From Fidelibacterota bacterium (GTDB lineage Bacteria > Fidelibacterota > UBA2242), in assembly GCA_049975265.1 (NCBI GenBank), contig JBNGDF010000005.1, forward strand, positions 18,654-82,653: a stretch of DNA of 64,000 nt. Direction: 5' to 3'. A program made the position numbers and the translations under genes. This document shows positions 37,610 through 47,589 of this stretch, one piece after another (the first letter of the stretch is position 1; each line of letters starts with the position of its first letter). The notes below the pieces were generated by a model. That model made no database searches, was not told where the DNA came from, and worked only from the letters and a program-made list of their open reading frames with translations.

Positions 37610-40600
37610 ATGAAAAAGCGTGGTTTTGTATTTATCGCTGCTCTGATGTTCGTAAGTATCAGTACCTTTGCTACGGTGGTTACAACATCGGATAGTGTCG
37701 TAATAAACGAGTTTACCTATAACTCGGAATACTACGACAATGAATGGATCGAGCTGTACAACATTTCCAAGGACACGGTCAATATTGTGGGCTGGTCATT
37801 GATGGACGGTTATGCAGGTCACAATCCTGCTGTTATTCCAAACACCTGTCCTGACACCCTCTTGGAGCCCGGTGAATATTTTACGATCTGAACGATTGGA
37901 GATGGATTAAGCCATGGTTGGCCGCTACATTTTACTCCTAATGTGGATGCAGTCGGAAGCACCAATATCGTTTTAAATAATACCGGAGACATTCTGTACC
38001 TGCGGGACGCGACCGGAACGGTAGTCGACAGCGTCGATTTCTGGGATGAAGAAACATTCCCGGATGCACCCCGATGGGGTGTTGGTCCAACATGCGAGCT
38101 GATTGATCCTCTTGCTGATAACAATGATCCGAATAACTGGGCCGCTAGTTTTATGTATGGCGGGACTCCCGGGTCCCAGAATCAGGTGGCTTTTGAAGTA
38201 CCGAAAATCATCATCAGTGAAGTAATGTACAATCAGACAGAGGGATATGAGTTTATCGAATTGATGAATGCCGGTGACGTGGATGTCGATATCAGCGGCT
38301 GGTGGATCACTGACGATAATCCAACCACTGCTAAGACCCCCATACCTGCGAGCACGACTCTGGCAGCCGGGGATTTTTATGTCATTTTGGTTGATTCGTC
38401 CGAGGCTCCTCCCTTTGCACCGGATCACAATATTGCCGCCGTTGCGCCAATTGGTCTGAATAATGATAAAGAGAATATCGTCCTTTTCAATGCCAATGAC
38501 ACGATGGTGACCTTTATGCATTATGATGACGGCAGTTCCAGCTATGGTGAATTTGCCCATGCTCCCAAAACCAGTGGTCATACACTTGAAATAATTGATA
38601 TCAATTGTACCAATTGGGAGCCTTTAAACTGGCAGTTGAGTCTCTATGTAGGCGGTTCGCCAGGAGCTCTGAATGCCACGCCGGCGTCACTGGTTTTGGC
38701 TGAAATTGTCGGTACTAACAAAGTTGATCTGACCTATTCGGAACCGGTGGATTCAACCCAGGCTGTGACGAAAACCAATTACAAGGTCGATCATGGAGTT
38801 GGTAATCCGGATACTGTCATATGGTTAAGCGAAGTCATGGTAGAACTGACCGTGTCGGAAATCAAGTGGGATACCACGTACGCTCTGGCGGTCTGGAATG
38901 TCACCGATCTTGAGAGTGGAACTCCGATTCCGGATAGTACCGTCATCACCTACGGTCGTTACAAACCTGATGCCGAACCACCGGTTGTTGTGGCGGTTAA
39001 CGCGATGACAGATTCAACGGTCGTGGTCGAGTTTAACGAAGAGGTGGATTCCACTTCGGCGGTAACGCTGACCAACTACAGCATCGATAACTCCATTGGC
39101 AATCCGCTGGGTGTCACCTGGTTTGGTGATAAGGTGGAGCTGGCATTAGCCATGAAACTGACCCTGGATGCCACGTATACCATTACGGTCAACGGGATTA
39201 CCGATTTGTACGAAAATACAATGACCACCGCCGCCGTTTTGGAGTTCGTCCTCCGGGATTACAGTGGCAAGATTATCATCAACGAGTTCACCTACAATTC
39301 GGAATATTACGATAATGAGTTCATTGAGTTATATAATAATTCTGATGAAACCATTAATATCGCCGGTTGGGGTTTTCAGAACTCACTGGATAAGGATGTT
39401 TTAATTGTAGCCGATACAATCGACACCGAAATCGAACCGGGGACCTATTGGACAGTTTGGCTGTATGCGGATCCGTTATCCAGGGGTCTCGATTGGCCAC
39501 TGCACTTTACGCCGGATTGGAATGCGGCGATTGATTTGACCGATTCTACTAAAATCCACGTCTTCAATCTCTGGAATTCCGGCAGCGATATATCGCTCTA
39601 TGACGAAGCCGGCAGAACCGTTGATTTTGTTGATTTTAAGGAAGAAGAGACCTTCAATCAGCAGGCAAAATGGGGTGTTGGTGTGACCCTTGAGCGGATT
39701 GATCCCGACGGTCCCTCCAACGATCCGGAAAATTGGATGGCGAGCTGGTACTACGGTGGGTCACCCGGTGCAGCCAACCGCATTGATCGCCCGGTCTATC
39801 CGAAAATCGTCATCAACGAAATCATGTACCACAGCGCCGATGGTAATACCGAGTTTGTCGAACTGAAAAACCTGGATGATGTTGCCGTGGATATCAGCGG
39901 CTGGTGGTTGCGGCGTGATAATCCGACCCTTCCGAAAGTACCGTTTACCGGTGAAACAACTCTGCAACCGGGCGACTTCTATGTTGTTCTAATTGATTCT
40001 CTCGGCGGACAGGATCTGGGATTTGTTCCGGATATGAATTATACCAATATTTCCAAGATCAACTATTCCAACAGCAAGGATAACGTAATTCTGTTTAATG
40101 ACGATGATATGATGGTGACCTATGTACATTATGATGACGGTGCTCATAGTTATAGTGAATTCACCCATGCAATGGATGCTGACGGACTGGGTAAGTCGCT
40201 GGAATATTGGGATTACCGGAAAGAGAACTGGGAACCATTAGCCTGGGCAGCCAGTCAGGATTCCGGTGGAACACCCGGCAGAGAAAACTTCATTCCCGAT
40301 GTCGTTCCGCCGGTCGTGGATTCAGCCCTGGCGATCAGTGATACTACCGTGCGAGTCTACTTCAACGAAGAGCTGAACTATACGACAGCCGTAAACAAGA
40401 ACAACTACACTATCGACAATGGTATTGGTAATCCGCTCTACAATCTTCTGGAGTCTGGCAATATGTCGGTTATTCTCTACCTGAATCCGACTAATCCGCT
40501 GGTTGAAGGGACAAACTACACGGTTACCGTTACCGGCGTCACCGACGTTTCCGGAAATGCCATCGAAGACATGAATACGGCGACCTTTGTCGGTCCGGCG

Positions 40601-40912
40601 GTGGTTGGAATAAACGGTGAGGATGCTCTTCCTAAGGTCTTCGCCCTGCATAAGAACTACCCGAACCCATTTAACCCGGTCACGACGATCAATTACGATC
40701 TTCCCAAAGATGCCAATGTTCGCATCGTGATCTATGATGTAATGGGACGGGAGGTTCGCACGCTGGTGAACCGGCATCAGAAAGCGGGCTACAGGACACT
40801 GCAGTGGAATGCACTGGATAACCGCGGACTTCCGGTCAGTTCAGGCTTCTATTTCTATGTGATGGATGCCGGCAACTTCCATAAGACCGAGAAGATGCTG
40901 TTGCTGAAGTAG
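37610..40912 (+). pseudogene. Secreted protein with four lamin-tail domains, Ig-like domains and CTD; one in-frame TGA at 37889
   Basis: ORFs 37610-37891 and 37943-40912 are in the same frame. The internal repeat shows Trp at the TGA position (EPGEYFTI*T vs EPGTYWTVWL). Four INEF/ISEV/INEI...IEL.N...GW...GG.PG units; KNYPNPFNP...KMLLLK. Confidence 0.75.
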
Positions 40913-40932
40913 TGTGTCAAAGTGGAAAACTG

Positions 40933-40966
40933 AAAAAGGCTGCCTTTCATCGGGCAGCCTTTTTTT
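40933..40966 (+). terminator. Intrinsic terminator
   Basis: AAAAAGGCTGCC-N8-GGCAGCCTTTTTTT. Confidence 0.85.
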
Positions 40967-40988
40967 CTCATAATGAAAGCGGCTGTTG

Positions 40989-41074
40989 GAAATAATATTG
41001 GTGAATATTTTCATTGACTTTTAGCCAGATTTTCCGCAAACTTTATTGGAATTATTATTTGTGTATATTTATTC
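40989..41074 (+). promoter_or_regulatory. Promoter and operator(s) of the GDPD-G1PDH-HAD-GlpT-isomerase operon
   Basis: TTGACT (41014)-N17-CAAACT; GAATTATTATTTGTGTATATTTATTC at 41049-41074; a weaker copy at 40989-41014. Confidence 0.72.
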
Positions 41075-41140
41075 TAAGTTTGAATTTGCCTGAATGCTCC
41101 AATTTTTTAAAATTTCAAATGTCAATCAAAGGATGCCCTG

Positions 41141-42025
41141 ATGAAGAAACTGTTTACAGGAGGTCTGATTGCTTTAATGACCATGGGATGTTCTCAGAGC
41201 GATCGTAAACCGATTGATTTTTATGATCGTCTGAATATCCTGCCCATCCAGGCACACCGCGGCGGTGGTCTGGCATTGCCCGAAAATACGCTGGAGACCT
41301 TTGAATTTACCTGGGCAAATCAGATGATTCCCGAAGCCGATATCCGGACAACCAGTGACGATGTCATTGTCTGTATACATGATGATACCGTTGGACGGGT
41401 GGCTCCGGATGCTTCCGCCAATTTAAAAAAGAAAAAATTCGAAGAGCTTGATTTACAAACGATCAGGTCACTAGATGTGGGTCGCTATCGGGGCAAACCC
41501 GGTCAGCGGATTCCCACCTTGGAAGAAGTATTCGCCGTGATGCAGGGACATCCTGAAAAATTGCTCTACCTGGATTATAAACAGATCGATCTGGACCGAC
41601 TGGCGACGCTGGTGAAAAAGTATAATTTGGAAAAACAGATTATTTTTACGACGAAGCACTATGACCTGATTCTGGAGTGGAAAAAGCGGATTCCGGAATC
41701 ACCGACCATGATCTGGATAGGGGGTTCACTGGCGCATAAAAAGGAGACTTATGCCAGCCTGAAGGAGGCTGATTTTGAAGGTTTAACAACACTCCAGATC
41801 CATGTCAAACTGCAGGATAACGGGCAATTTACCCCCGATGCGGATTATCTCGGTGCCTGCTTGAAAGAGTTGACGAAACATGGTGTCTTGTTTCAGGTAC
41901 TGCCCTGGCGAATTAACGATCCGGAAGTCTTTAGAAAACTGATGGATATCGGTATCCGTTCCTTTGCCACCGATTTTCCTGATTTAACGCTTGCAGTATA
42001 TACCGACTATTTAAAAAGTCCGTGA
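41141..42025 (+). CDS. Glycerophosphodiester phosphodiesterase-family lipoprotein (divergent second copy)
   Basis: Lipobox TMGC; QAHRGGGLALPENT, PEADIRTTSD, CIHD, RIPTLEEV, FATDFP. Confidence 0.85.
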   Translation: MKKLFTGGLIALMTMGCSQSDRKPIDFYDRLNILPIQAHRGGGLALPENTLETFEFTWANQMIPEADIRTTSDDVIVCIHDDTVGRVAPDASANLKKKKFEELDLQTIRSLDVGRYRGKPGQRIPTLEEVFAVMQGHPEKLLYLDYKQIDLDRLATLVKKYNLEKQIIFTTKHYDLILEWKKRIPESPTMIWIGGSLAHKKETYASLKEADFEGLTTLQIHVKLQDNGQFTPDADYLGACLKELTKHGVLFQVLPWRINDPEVFRKLMDIGIRSFATDFPDLTLAVYTDYLKSP

Positions 42026-42041
42026 AAGGAAGCGACCGGGC

Positions 42042-43415
42042 ATGAAATCCTACGAAATTGAGACTTCGCAGCGGATAAAGGATGCGCTGCAAATCCTTGA
42101 CGCGAGTAAAATTGTCGAAATCGGTAGCGGCATTTTAGACAGGATAGCGGAAATCTTTCGGCGCTGTTTTGATGATCGACCAGCGATCATTATTGCGGAT
42201 ATGAATACCTATCCGGCTGCCGGACGGCAGGTTGAAACACTGCTAAAAAATTCGGGTATATCGCTGCTGGAAACGTTTATTTTCAGGGAAGCTGATTTGT
42301 ATGCAGAGATGCAGCATGTTGACCATTTGGTGGAGCTGCTCTCGAAAGTAGATGCCATTGCCATTGCGGTGGGGTCCGGTACCATCAACGATCTGGTCAA
42401 GTTAAGTTCCTATCGTTGTGGTCGTCAGTATCTGGTGGTGGTGACTGCCGGATCGGTGGATGGGTACAGCGCTTATGGAGCATCAATCTCAGAAAATGGT
42501 TTAAAACAGACCTTTTTTTGTCCGGCACCTCAGGCGGTGATTGTGGATTTGGATGTTATAGCCGCCGCCCCACGGATAATGAATGCCTGGGGATATGCCG
42601 ATTTGGCAGCAAAAATCCCGGCGGGCGCCGATTGGATTATCGCGGATGCACTGGGGATTGAACCGATTGACAGAATTGCCTGGAATTTCGTGCAACGACC
42701 GCTACGGAAATTAATCACCGATCCTGCCGGTGTCAGAAATGGCGATCAGCGGGCACTCTGTTTCCTGATCGAGGGATTAATCATGAGTGGTCTGGCGATG
42801 CAACAGGCGAAATCCTCGCGACCGGCTTCGGGTGCCGAGCATCAGTTCAGTCACCTTTGGGACAACCAGCATCATATTCACCATGGCAAGGCGCCTTCCC
42901 ACGGTTTCAAGGTAGCGGTGGGGTCTATGGCATCCATTGCGCTCTATGAGGCAATGTTTGCAATTCTGGGTGATGCTCCATCAGCGAAACTACGGGATGT
43001 CACCGGCTACTGGTTGGATTTTGCTGATATTGAGAGAGAAATAAAACGGGAATTTCCCAGTCCGCAGGAGTCGGTTCAGATCATTGAGCAGAGCCGTGAA
43101 AAGTATGTCGATCACAGAGAGTTAGCCAAACGGGTTGCTCAGGCAGTCTCCATCTGGCCGGATTTGAAGAAGAAATTGCTGAAACAACTGCTCGATTTTA
43201 AAGAATTTCAAGCCCTGCTCAGAAGGGTGGGGGCACCCCTCTCACCTCTTGACATCGGTATTGAGCCGGATCGGCTGAGGGCTAGTTATCGAACCGCCTG
43301 GCTGATACGGCAGCGGTATACGATATTGGACTTTACTTACCAGTTGGGTATATTCGAGCAGTGCATCGGGTATATTTTCGATTCCGAACGGTATTGGAAA
43401 TCCTCGTCTGAATAA
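42042..43415 (+). CDS. egsA: sn-glycerol-1-phosphate dehydrogenase, bacterial AraM/EgsA type
   Basis: AVGSGTINDLVK, TAGSVDGY, GYADLAAK, SSRPASGAEHQFSH, HGFKV, IRQRYTILD motifs. Confidence 0.85.
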   Translation: MKSYEIETSQRIKDALQILDASKIVEIGSGILDRIAEIFRRCFDDRPAIIIADMNTYPAAGRQVETLLKNSGISLLETFIFREADLYAEMQHVDHLVELLSKVDAIAIAVGSGTINDLVKLSSYRCGRQYLVVVTAGSVDGYSAYGASISENGLKQTFFCPAPQAVIVDLDVIAAAPRIMNAWGYADLAAKIPAGADWIIADALGIEPIDRIAWNFVQRPLRKLITDPAGVRNGDQRALCFLIEGLIMSGLAMQQAKSSRPASGAEHQFSHLWDNQHHIHHGKAPSHGFKVAVGSMASIALYEAMFAILGDAPSAKLRDVTGYWLDFADIEREIKREFPSPQESVQIIEQSREKYVDHRELAKRVAQAVSIWPDLKKKLLKQLLDFKEFQALLRRVGAPLSPLDIGIEPDRLRASYRTAWLIRQRYTILDFTYQLGIFEQCIGYIFDSERYWKSSSE

Positions 43416-43435
43416 AACATTAGCGGAAAAGGAAC

Positions 43436-44287
43436 ATGGATAACAAGACAACACATTTAAAGCGGCTCGTGAATATTCGCCACCTGGTACTGGATATGGA
43501 CGGAACCATTTACAACGGCAGACGGCTGTTTAATTTTACCACTGATTTTTTTAAAAAGCTGGACAACCTGGGAATTCGGTACACCTATCTGACGAACAAT
43601 TCATCGAGAAATGTGTCGCAGTATCTGGAAAAAATCCGCAGCATGAACCTGAAAGGAACCAAAGAGAATATCTACACATCTTCGCTGGCGACGATTGATT
43701 ATCTTCAATCCAGGCGACCGGAGCTGCAGAAATTGTATATTCTGGGAACGGAGGGATTGAAAAGGGAATTTCGGGAATATGGATTTACGGTCGTGGAGAC
43801 AGACGGCGCTATGGAACCGGACGGCGTAGTGGTCGGTTTTGATACCTCTCTTGATTTTAAGCGCTTATGTAAAGCCGGATACTGGATCAAAAGCGGAAAG
43901 CCTTTTATAGCGACGCATCCTGATCGCATCTGCCCTACGGATCAACCGACGCTGCTGATTGACTGCGGGGCTATCTGTGCCGCTCTGAGTTCGGCGACCA
44001 GCAGGGCGCCGGATGTGGTGCCGGGTAAGCCCGACCCAGGTATGATTTGGGGAATCATGGAGCGCAATAAATTACACAAGGAAGAGGTAGCCATGGTGGG
44101 CGATCGCCTCTATACGGATATTGAGATGGCACGCCGAGCCGGGGTGATGGGGATTTTGGTATTGTCCGGTGAAGCAACGGCGGAGGATGTAAATAACGCC
44201 GTCCATCAACCGGACCTGATTGTGGAAAATATCCGGGAACTTGGGGAACTACTGGAACAGAGTCATCAGGTGAACAACCGAGAGTGA
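43436..44287 (+). CDS. HAD-IIA sugar/glycerol-phosphate phosphatase (AraL/NagD-like)
   Basis: DMDGTIY, TNNSS, GKP, GDRLYTDI motifs. Confidence 0.9.
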   Translation: MDNKTTHLKRLVNIRHLVLDMDGTIYNGRRLFNFTTDFFKKLDNLGIRYTYLTNNSSRNVSQYLEKIRSMNLKGTKENIYTSSLATIDYLQSRRPELQKLYILGTEGLKREFREYGFTVVETDGAMEPDGVVVGFDTSLDFKRLCKAGYWIKSGKPFIATHPDRICPTDQPTLLIDCGAICAALSSATSRAPDVVPGKPDPGMIWGIMERNKLHKEEVAMVGDRLYTDIEMARRAGVMGILVLSGEATAEDVNNAVHQPDLIVENIRELGELLEQSHQVNNRE

Positions 44288-44320
44288 TACTGTAGTGATT
44301 TAGATTACAGGAGACATCAG

Positions 44321-45709
44321 ATGATCTTTAGCAGGCTGTTCAATTTTTTAAAGGTGGCACCGGATGTACCGCCGATTACCGATGAGCACGTGATGCGGAA
44401 ACAGTACAAATACTGGCGTTTCCGGGTCATGTATGTCATGATGTTCGGCTATATGGGCTACTACTTTGTGCGTAAGAGTCTGGCGGTGGCGATGCCGGTT
44501 ATCGAGCAGGAGTTTAATATTCCCAAGGCACAGCTGGGTCTGATTCTGACGGCGTTTGGGATTACCTATGGGGTCTCAAAATTTATCAACGGTTTTGCGG
44601 GTGACCGCACGAATCCGCGCTACTTCATGGCGTTGGGCTTGATCTGTTCGGCGCTGATCAATGTGTTTTTCGGACTGAGCAGCGGTATTATTACATTCGG
44701 TGTGTTCTGGATTTTAAACGGCTGGTTTCAGGGAATGGGCTGGGCACCCTGCAGCAAAACGCTGGTCAATTGGTATGCCGCCCTGGAGCGCGGCGTCCGG
44801 TTTTCCATCACCAACACCGCCTGTTCCATCGGAGCTTCGGGAGTCGTCTTTTTAAACGGTTTTCTGATTGTCCGCTACGGCTGGCGCTCCTGCTTTTTTG
44901 TGCCGGCGGGGATTGCCTTGCTGGCGGCGCTTTTTATTTTGAATCGTCTGCGCGACCGTCCGCAATCGCTGGGTCTGCCGCCGGTGGAGGAATATGTAGG
45001 CGAGGAAGCCGATATCAGCGATTCAAAAGATGGGCAAAACGTCTCATATAAAAAGGTTGTGGTTCAGTACATTTTCAAAAATCCGGGAATGTGGATCGTC
45101 AGTATTGCCAACTTTTTTGTCTATGTGATCCGCTATGCGATTCTGGATTGGGGTACCACCTTTCTGACGGAGTCAAAGGGCGTGGATATTACCCAGGCGG
45201 CGGGGATTGTCGGTGGCTATGAACTGGCGGGATTAGCCGGTATGCTGGTCGGCGGCTGGGCTATGGACAAGCTGTTTAGAGGCTACGGCGGACGGACCTG
45301 TGGAATTTATATGGCGTTATGTACCCTTTTTATTTATCTGTTCTGGAAATTGCCGGTACAATCGGTGATTCTCAATGGAGCACTTATCTGGGGTACAGGA
45401 TTTATGATTTATGGTCCGCAGTGTCTGGTAGCGGTTATCGCTGTCAACATGGTGCCGAAAAGCGCCGGTGCGGCAGCGGTGGGACTGACCGGTCTGTTTG
45501 GCTATTTAAGTACGATTCTTTCCGGTTGGGGGCTTGGTTTGGTAGTTGACAATTTCGGATGGGATACCGGCTTTATGGTATTGGTCCTGTCATCTCTGGC
45601 GGCGATGTTCTGTTTTATTTTGTTGTGGAACCGGAATCCACATCTGCCGGGTTCCAAAGCGCATACAGAGCATGAAAATAATAAATTGAGAAACCGGAGT
45701 GCCAGATAG
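44321..45709 (+). CDS. glpT: MFS organophosphate:phosphate antiporter (GlpT/UhpC family)
   Basis: YKYWRFR, YYFVRK, YGVSKF, NGWFQGMGWAP, RDRPQSLGLPP, NFFVYVIRY..LDW, IYGPQ, GLTGLFGY. Confidence 0.85.
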   Translation: MIFSRLFNFLKVAPDVPPITDEHVMRKQYKYWRFRVMYVMMFGYMGYYFVRKSLAVAMPVIEQEFNIPKAQLGLILTAFGITYGVSKFINGFAGDRTNPRYFMALGLICSALINVFFGLSSGIITFGVFWILNGWFQGMGWAPCSKTLVNWYAALERGVRFSITNTACSIGASGVVFLNGFLIVRYGWRSCFFVPAGIALLAALFILNRLRDRPQSLGLPPVEEYVGEEADISDSKDGQNVSYKKVVVQYIFKNPGMWIVSIANFFVYVIRYAILDWGTTFLTESKGVDITQAAGIVGGYELAGLAGMLVGGWAMDKLFRGYGGRTCGIYMALCTLFIYLFWKLPVQSVILNGALIWGTGFMIYGPQCLVAVIAVNMVPKSAGAAAVGLTGLFGYLSTILSGWGLGLVVDNFGWDTGFMVLVLSSLAAMFCFILLWNRNPHLPGSKAHTEHENNKLRNRSAR

Positions 45710-46182
45710 TGGGAAAGCGGTTAAAAATTGCGATTGACTGTGACGATGCGGCAACGGACCTGAAAAAAGTTATTTATGAGCATTTGAAGACATCTGGTGT
45801 TGATATTACCGATTTGAATTATGGAGCGGGGCGTGACGCCATGTATCCGGAGATCGGCTATCATCTGGCTCTGAAAATCCAGACCGGCGAATATGATCGG
45901 GGAATTTTAATTTGTGGTACCGGTTTGGGAATGGCGATTATCGCCAATAAGGTCGAAGGTGTGTATGCCGGTGTTTGTCACGATGTTTATTCGGCTGAAC
46001 GTCTGAGAAAGAGCAACAAGGCCCAAATATTGACCATGGGAGCGCGGGTCATCGGCAGCGAGTTGGCAAAAATGATTGTGGATGCATGGTTGCACTCCGA
46101 ATTTAGCGGCGGTCACTCACAACCCAAAGTAGACCAGATCAAAGCTCTGGAAAGACGCTCTTTTCTTTCGAAAGCGTTATAA
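45709..46182 (+). CDS. RpiB/LacA-family sugar-phosphate isomerase, EryI/DerI-like
   Basis: GILICGTGLGMAIIANKV; HDVYSAERLRKSNKAQILTMGARVIG. It has SNxAQ rather than the RpiB HNxAN and lacks the N-terminal DH. Confidence 0.8.
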   Translation: MGKRLKIAIDCDDAATDLKKVIYEHLKTSGVDITDLNYGAGRDAMYPEIGYHLALKIQTGEYDRGILICGTGLGMAIIANKVEGVYAGVCHDVYSAERLRKSNKAQILTMGARVIGSELAKMIVDAWLHSEFSGGHSQPKVDQIKALERRSFLSKAL

Positions 46183-46264
46183 TTTATAACAATTATTTCT
46201 TTTGTTTATACCCTGAGCCCGTTTTATGGATTTGCTGTCAGGGTAATTCTACATGTAGAACATT

Positions 46265-47212
46265 TCAAGATATCTTTAATAATTCTCTTGCACCGATATC
46301 ATCGATGACTAAAGAGTTGATCAGATTACCGTGAATGGCGGCGGCAAGAGCCTCCGCCCGATTTGCGCCGCTGGTAACGGCGATGACCTGAGGGATCCTT
46401 TTTAACTGTTCCATGCTGATTCCGATGACCCGATTGCGATATTCGGTATCACACTCTTCGCCATCCCGGTTAAAAAAGTGACCACAGATTTCGCCCACAA
46501 CCCCCTTATTGATCAGGTAGTTTATATCGTTGGTTTTCAGAAAGTCGCGGTCGTAAAACACCGAATTGCCGTGAACGCCAATACCGACAAAGGCAAGATC
46601 GGCGCTGTCCATACGGGATAATACGAATTTGATCTGATCGTGTGAGACAAAGGCTTCGTAGGTCTGACTATTGGTGGTGATGGCCGGGGCTTGCAGGCGT
46701 AGAAATTGCCCGCTCCAGCGCTTGGCGAGTTTCCGAGTGATTTCAATGGCATCGTCTTCTTTGATATGGGTGCTGATATCGCCCATCGCTTGAATGAAAG
46801 TTACGCCGGAACTGTTGGCCGGGTGCATGTTTTCGCTTAGGCTGTAAATATGACGTCCGGCAGCGACACAGACAATGTTATTCGGTTTAATCAGTTTGGA
46901 TATAAGCGGTCCGGCGAAATGCCCCAACGCATGCCGGCGGTTTTCCTCGCTGGTGCTGGCAGCGCTTTTGATGACAATTGCGAAATCCAGGTGATATTTG
47001 ATTTTGAGATTTTGTTCGAGTTCTTTATCCTGAGCGGAAAAGGGTTTTACGGTGATCTGAACGATCCCACGCCGGCGCGCTTCCTCCAGGAGTCGGGAAA
47101 CGGTGGCTTGGGACACCCCGGCTAGTTCCGAAACCTTTGCCTGCCCCAATTTCTCTACATAGTAGAGAGTCGAAACTAAGAGTAAAAGGTCATCTGAGAC
47201 ATTAATTTTAAT
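46265..47212 (-). CDS. SorC/DeoR-family repressor, copy B; probable ATT start
   Basis: LYYVEKLGQAKVSELAGVSQATVSRLLEEARRRGIVQI HTH; colinear with copy A. ATT at 47212 aligns with the ATT of copy A; the track's extension to 47344 is AT-rich promoter DNA. Confidence 0.85.
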   Translation of the reverse strand: MKINVSDDLLLLVSTLYYVEKLGQAKVSELAGVSQATVSRLLEEARRRGIVQITVKPFSAQDKELEQNLKIKYHLDFAIVIKSAASTSEENRRHALGHFAGPLISKLIKPNNIVCVAAGRHIYSLSENMHPANSSGVTFIQAMGDISTHIKEDDAIEITRKLAKRWSGQFLRLQAPAITTNSQTYEAFVSHDQIKFVLSRMDSADLAFVGIGVHGNSVFYDRDFLKTNDINYLINKGVVGEICGHFFNRDGEECDTEYRNRVIGISMEQLKRIPQVIAVTSGANRAEALAAAIHGNLINSLVIDDIGARELLKIS

Positions 47213-47392
47213 AGTGCACCCGATTTCAAATTGATTATAACACCAATAATCAGTTATTACTGCCTTTAAAATAATATAGTTGGAATATTTATACAAATAA
47301 AAAGAGGAAATTAGCAAAAGTGAAAAATCAGGCAGATTTTTCAATCAAGGGTAGAATAATAGGTAGCTTTCAATGAATTGGTAAAAAAACTG

Positions 47393-47454
47393 TTGACTTT
47401 TAGGATAAAAGATTGCATACTACACATAGAATTAATATTTATGAATAATTATTC
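47393..47454 (+). promoter_or_regulatory. Promoter and 26-bp operator of uptake module B
   Basis: TTGACT (47393)-N17-CATACT; GAATTAATATTTATGAATAATTATTC at 47429-47454. Confidence 0.78.
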
Positions 47455-47589
47455 TTATGGTATTAATAATTCCCCGCAAACTCGAGATAAGTAAAAATTC
47501 TTTTATTGTGTTCGCAAAGGTGACTTCCTGAAACCTACCCAGATATCTTGACATGAATAAAAAATATTTTCAATCAGTTGGAGTGGTGA

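Noticed and set aside
42042..43415. G1PDH as evidence of archaeal-type lipid biosynthesis
   Set aside because: No GGGP/DGGGP synthase or prenyltransferase is nearby, and the neighbours are catabolic or uptake genes. It cannot be excluded genome-wide.
47213..47344. 44-aa N-terminal extension of SorC B from TTG 47344
   Set aside because: AT-rich promoter-like sequence containing an operator half-site, with no counterpart in SorC A.
47470..47545. c-di-GMP-I riboswitch in the module B leader (two GCAAA motifs)
   Set aside because: The GNRA-capped P2 stem and tetraloop-receptor pattern are not evident. An Infernal search against the c-di-GMP-I model would settle it.
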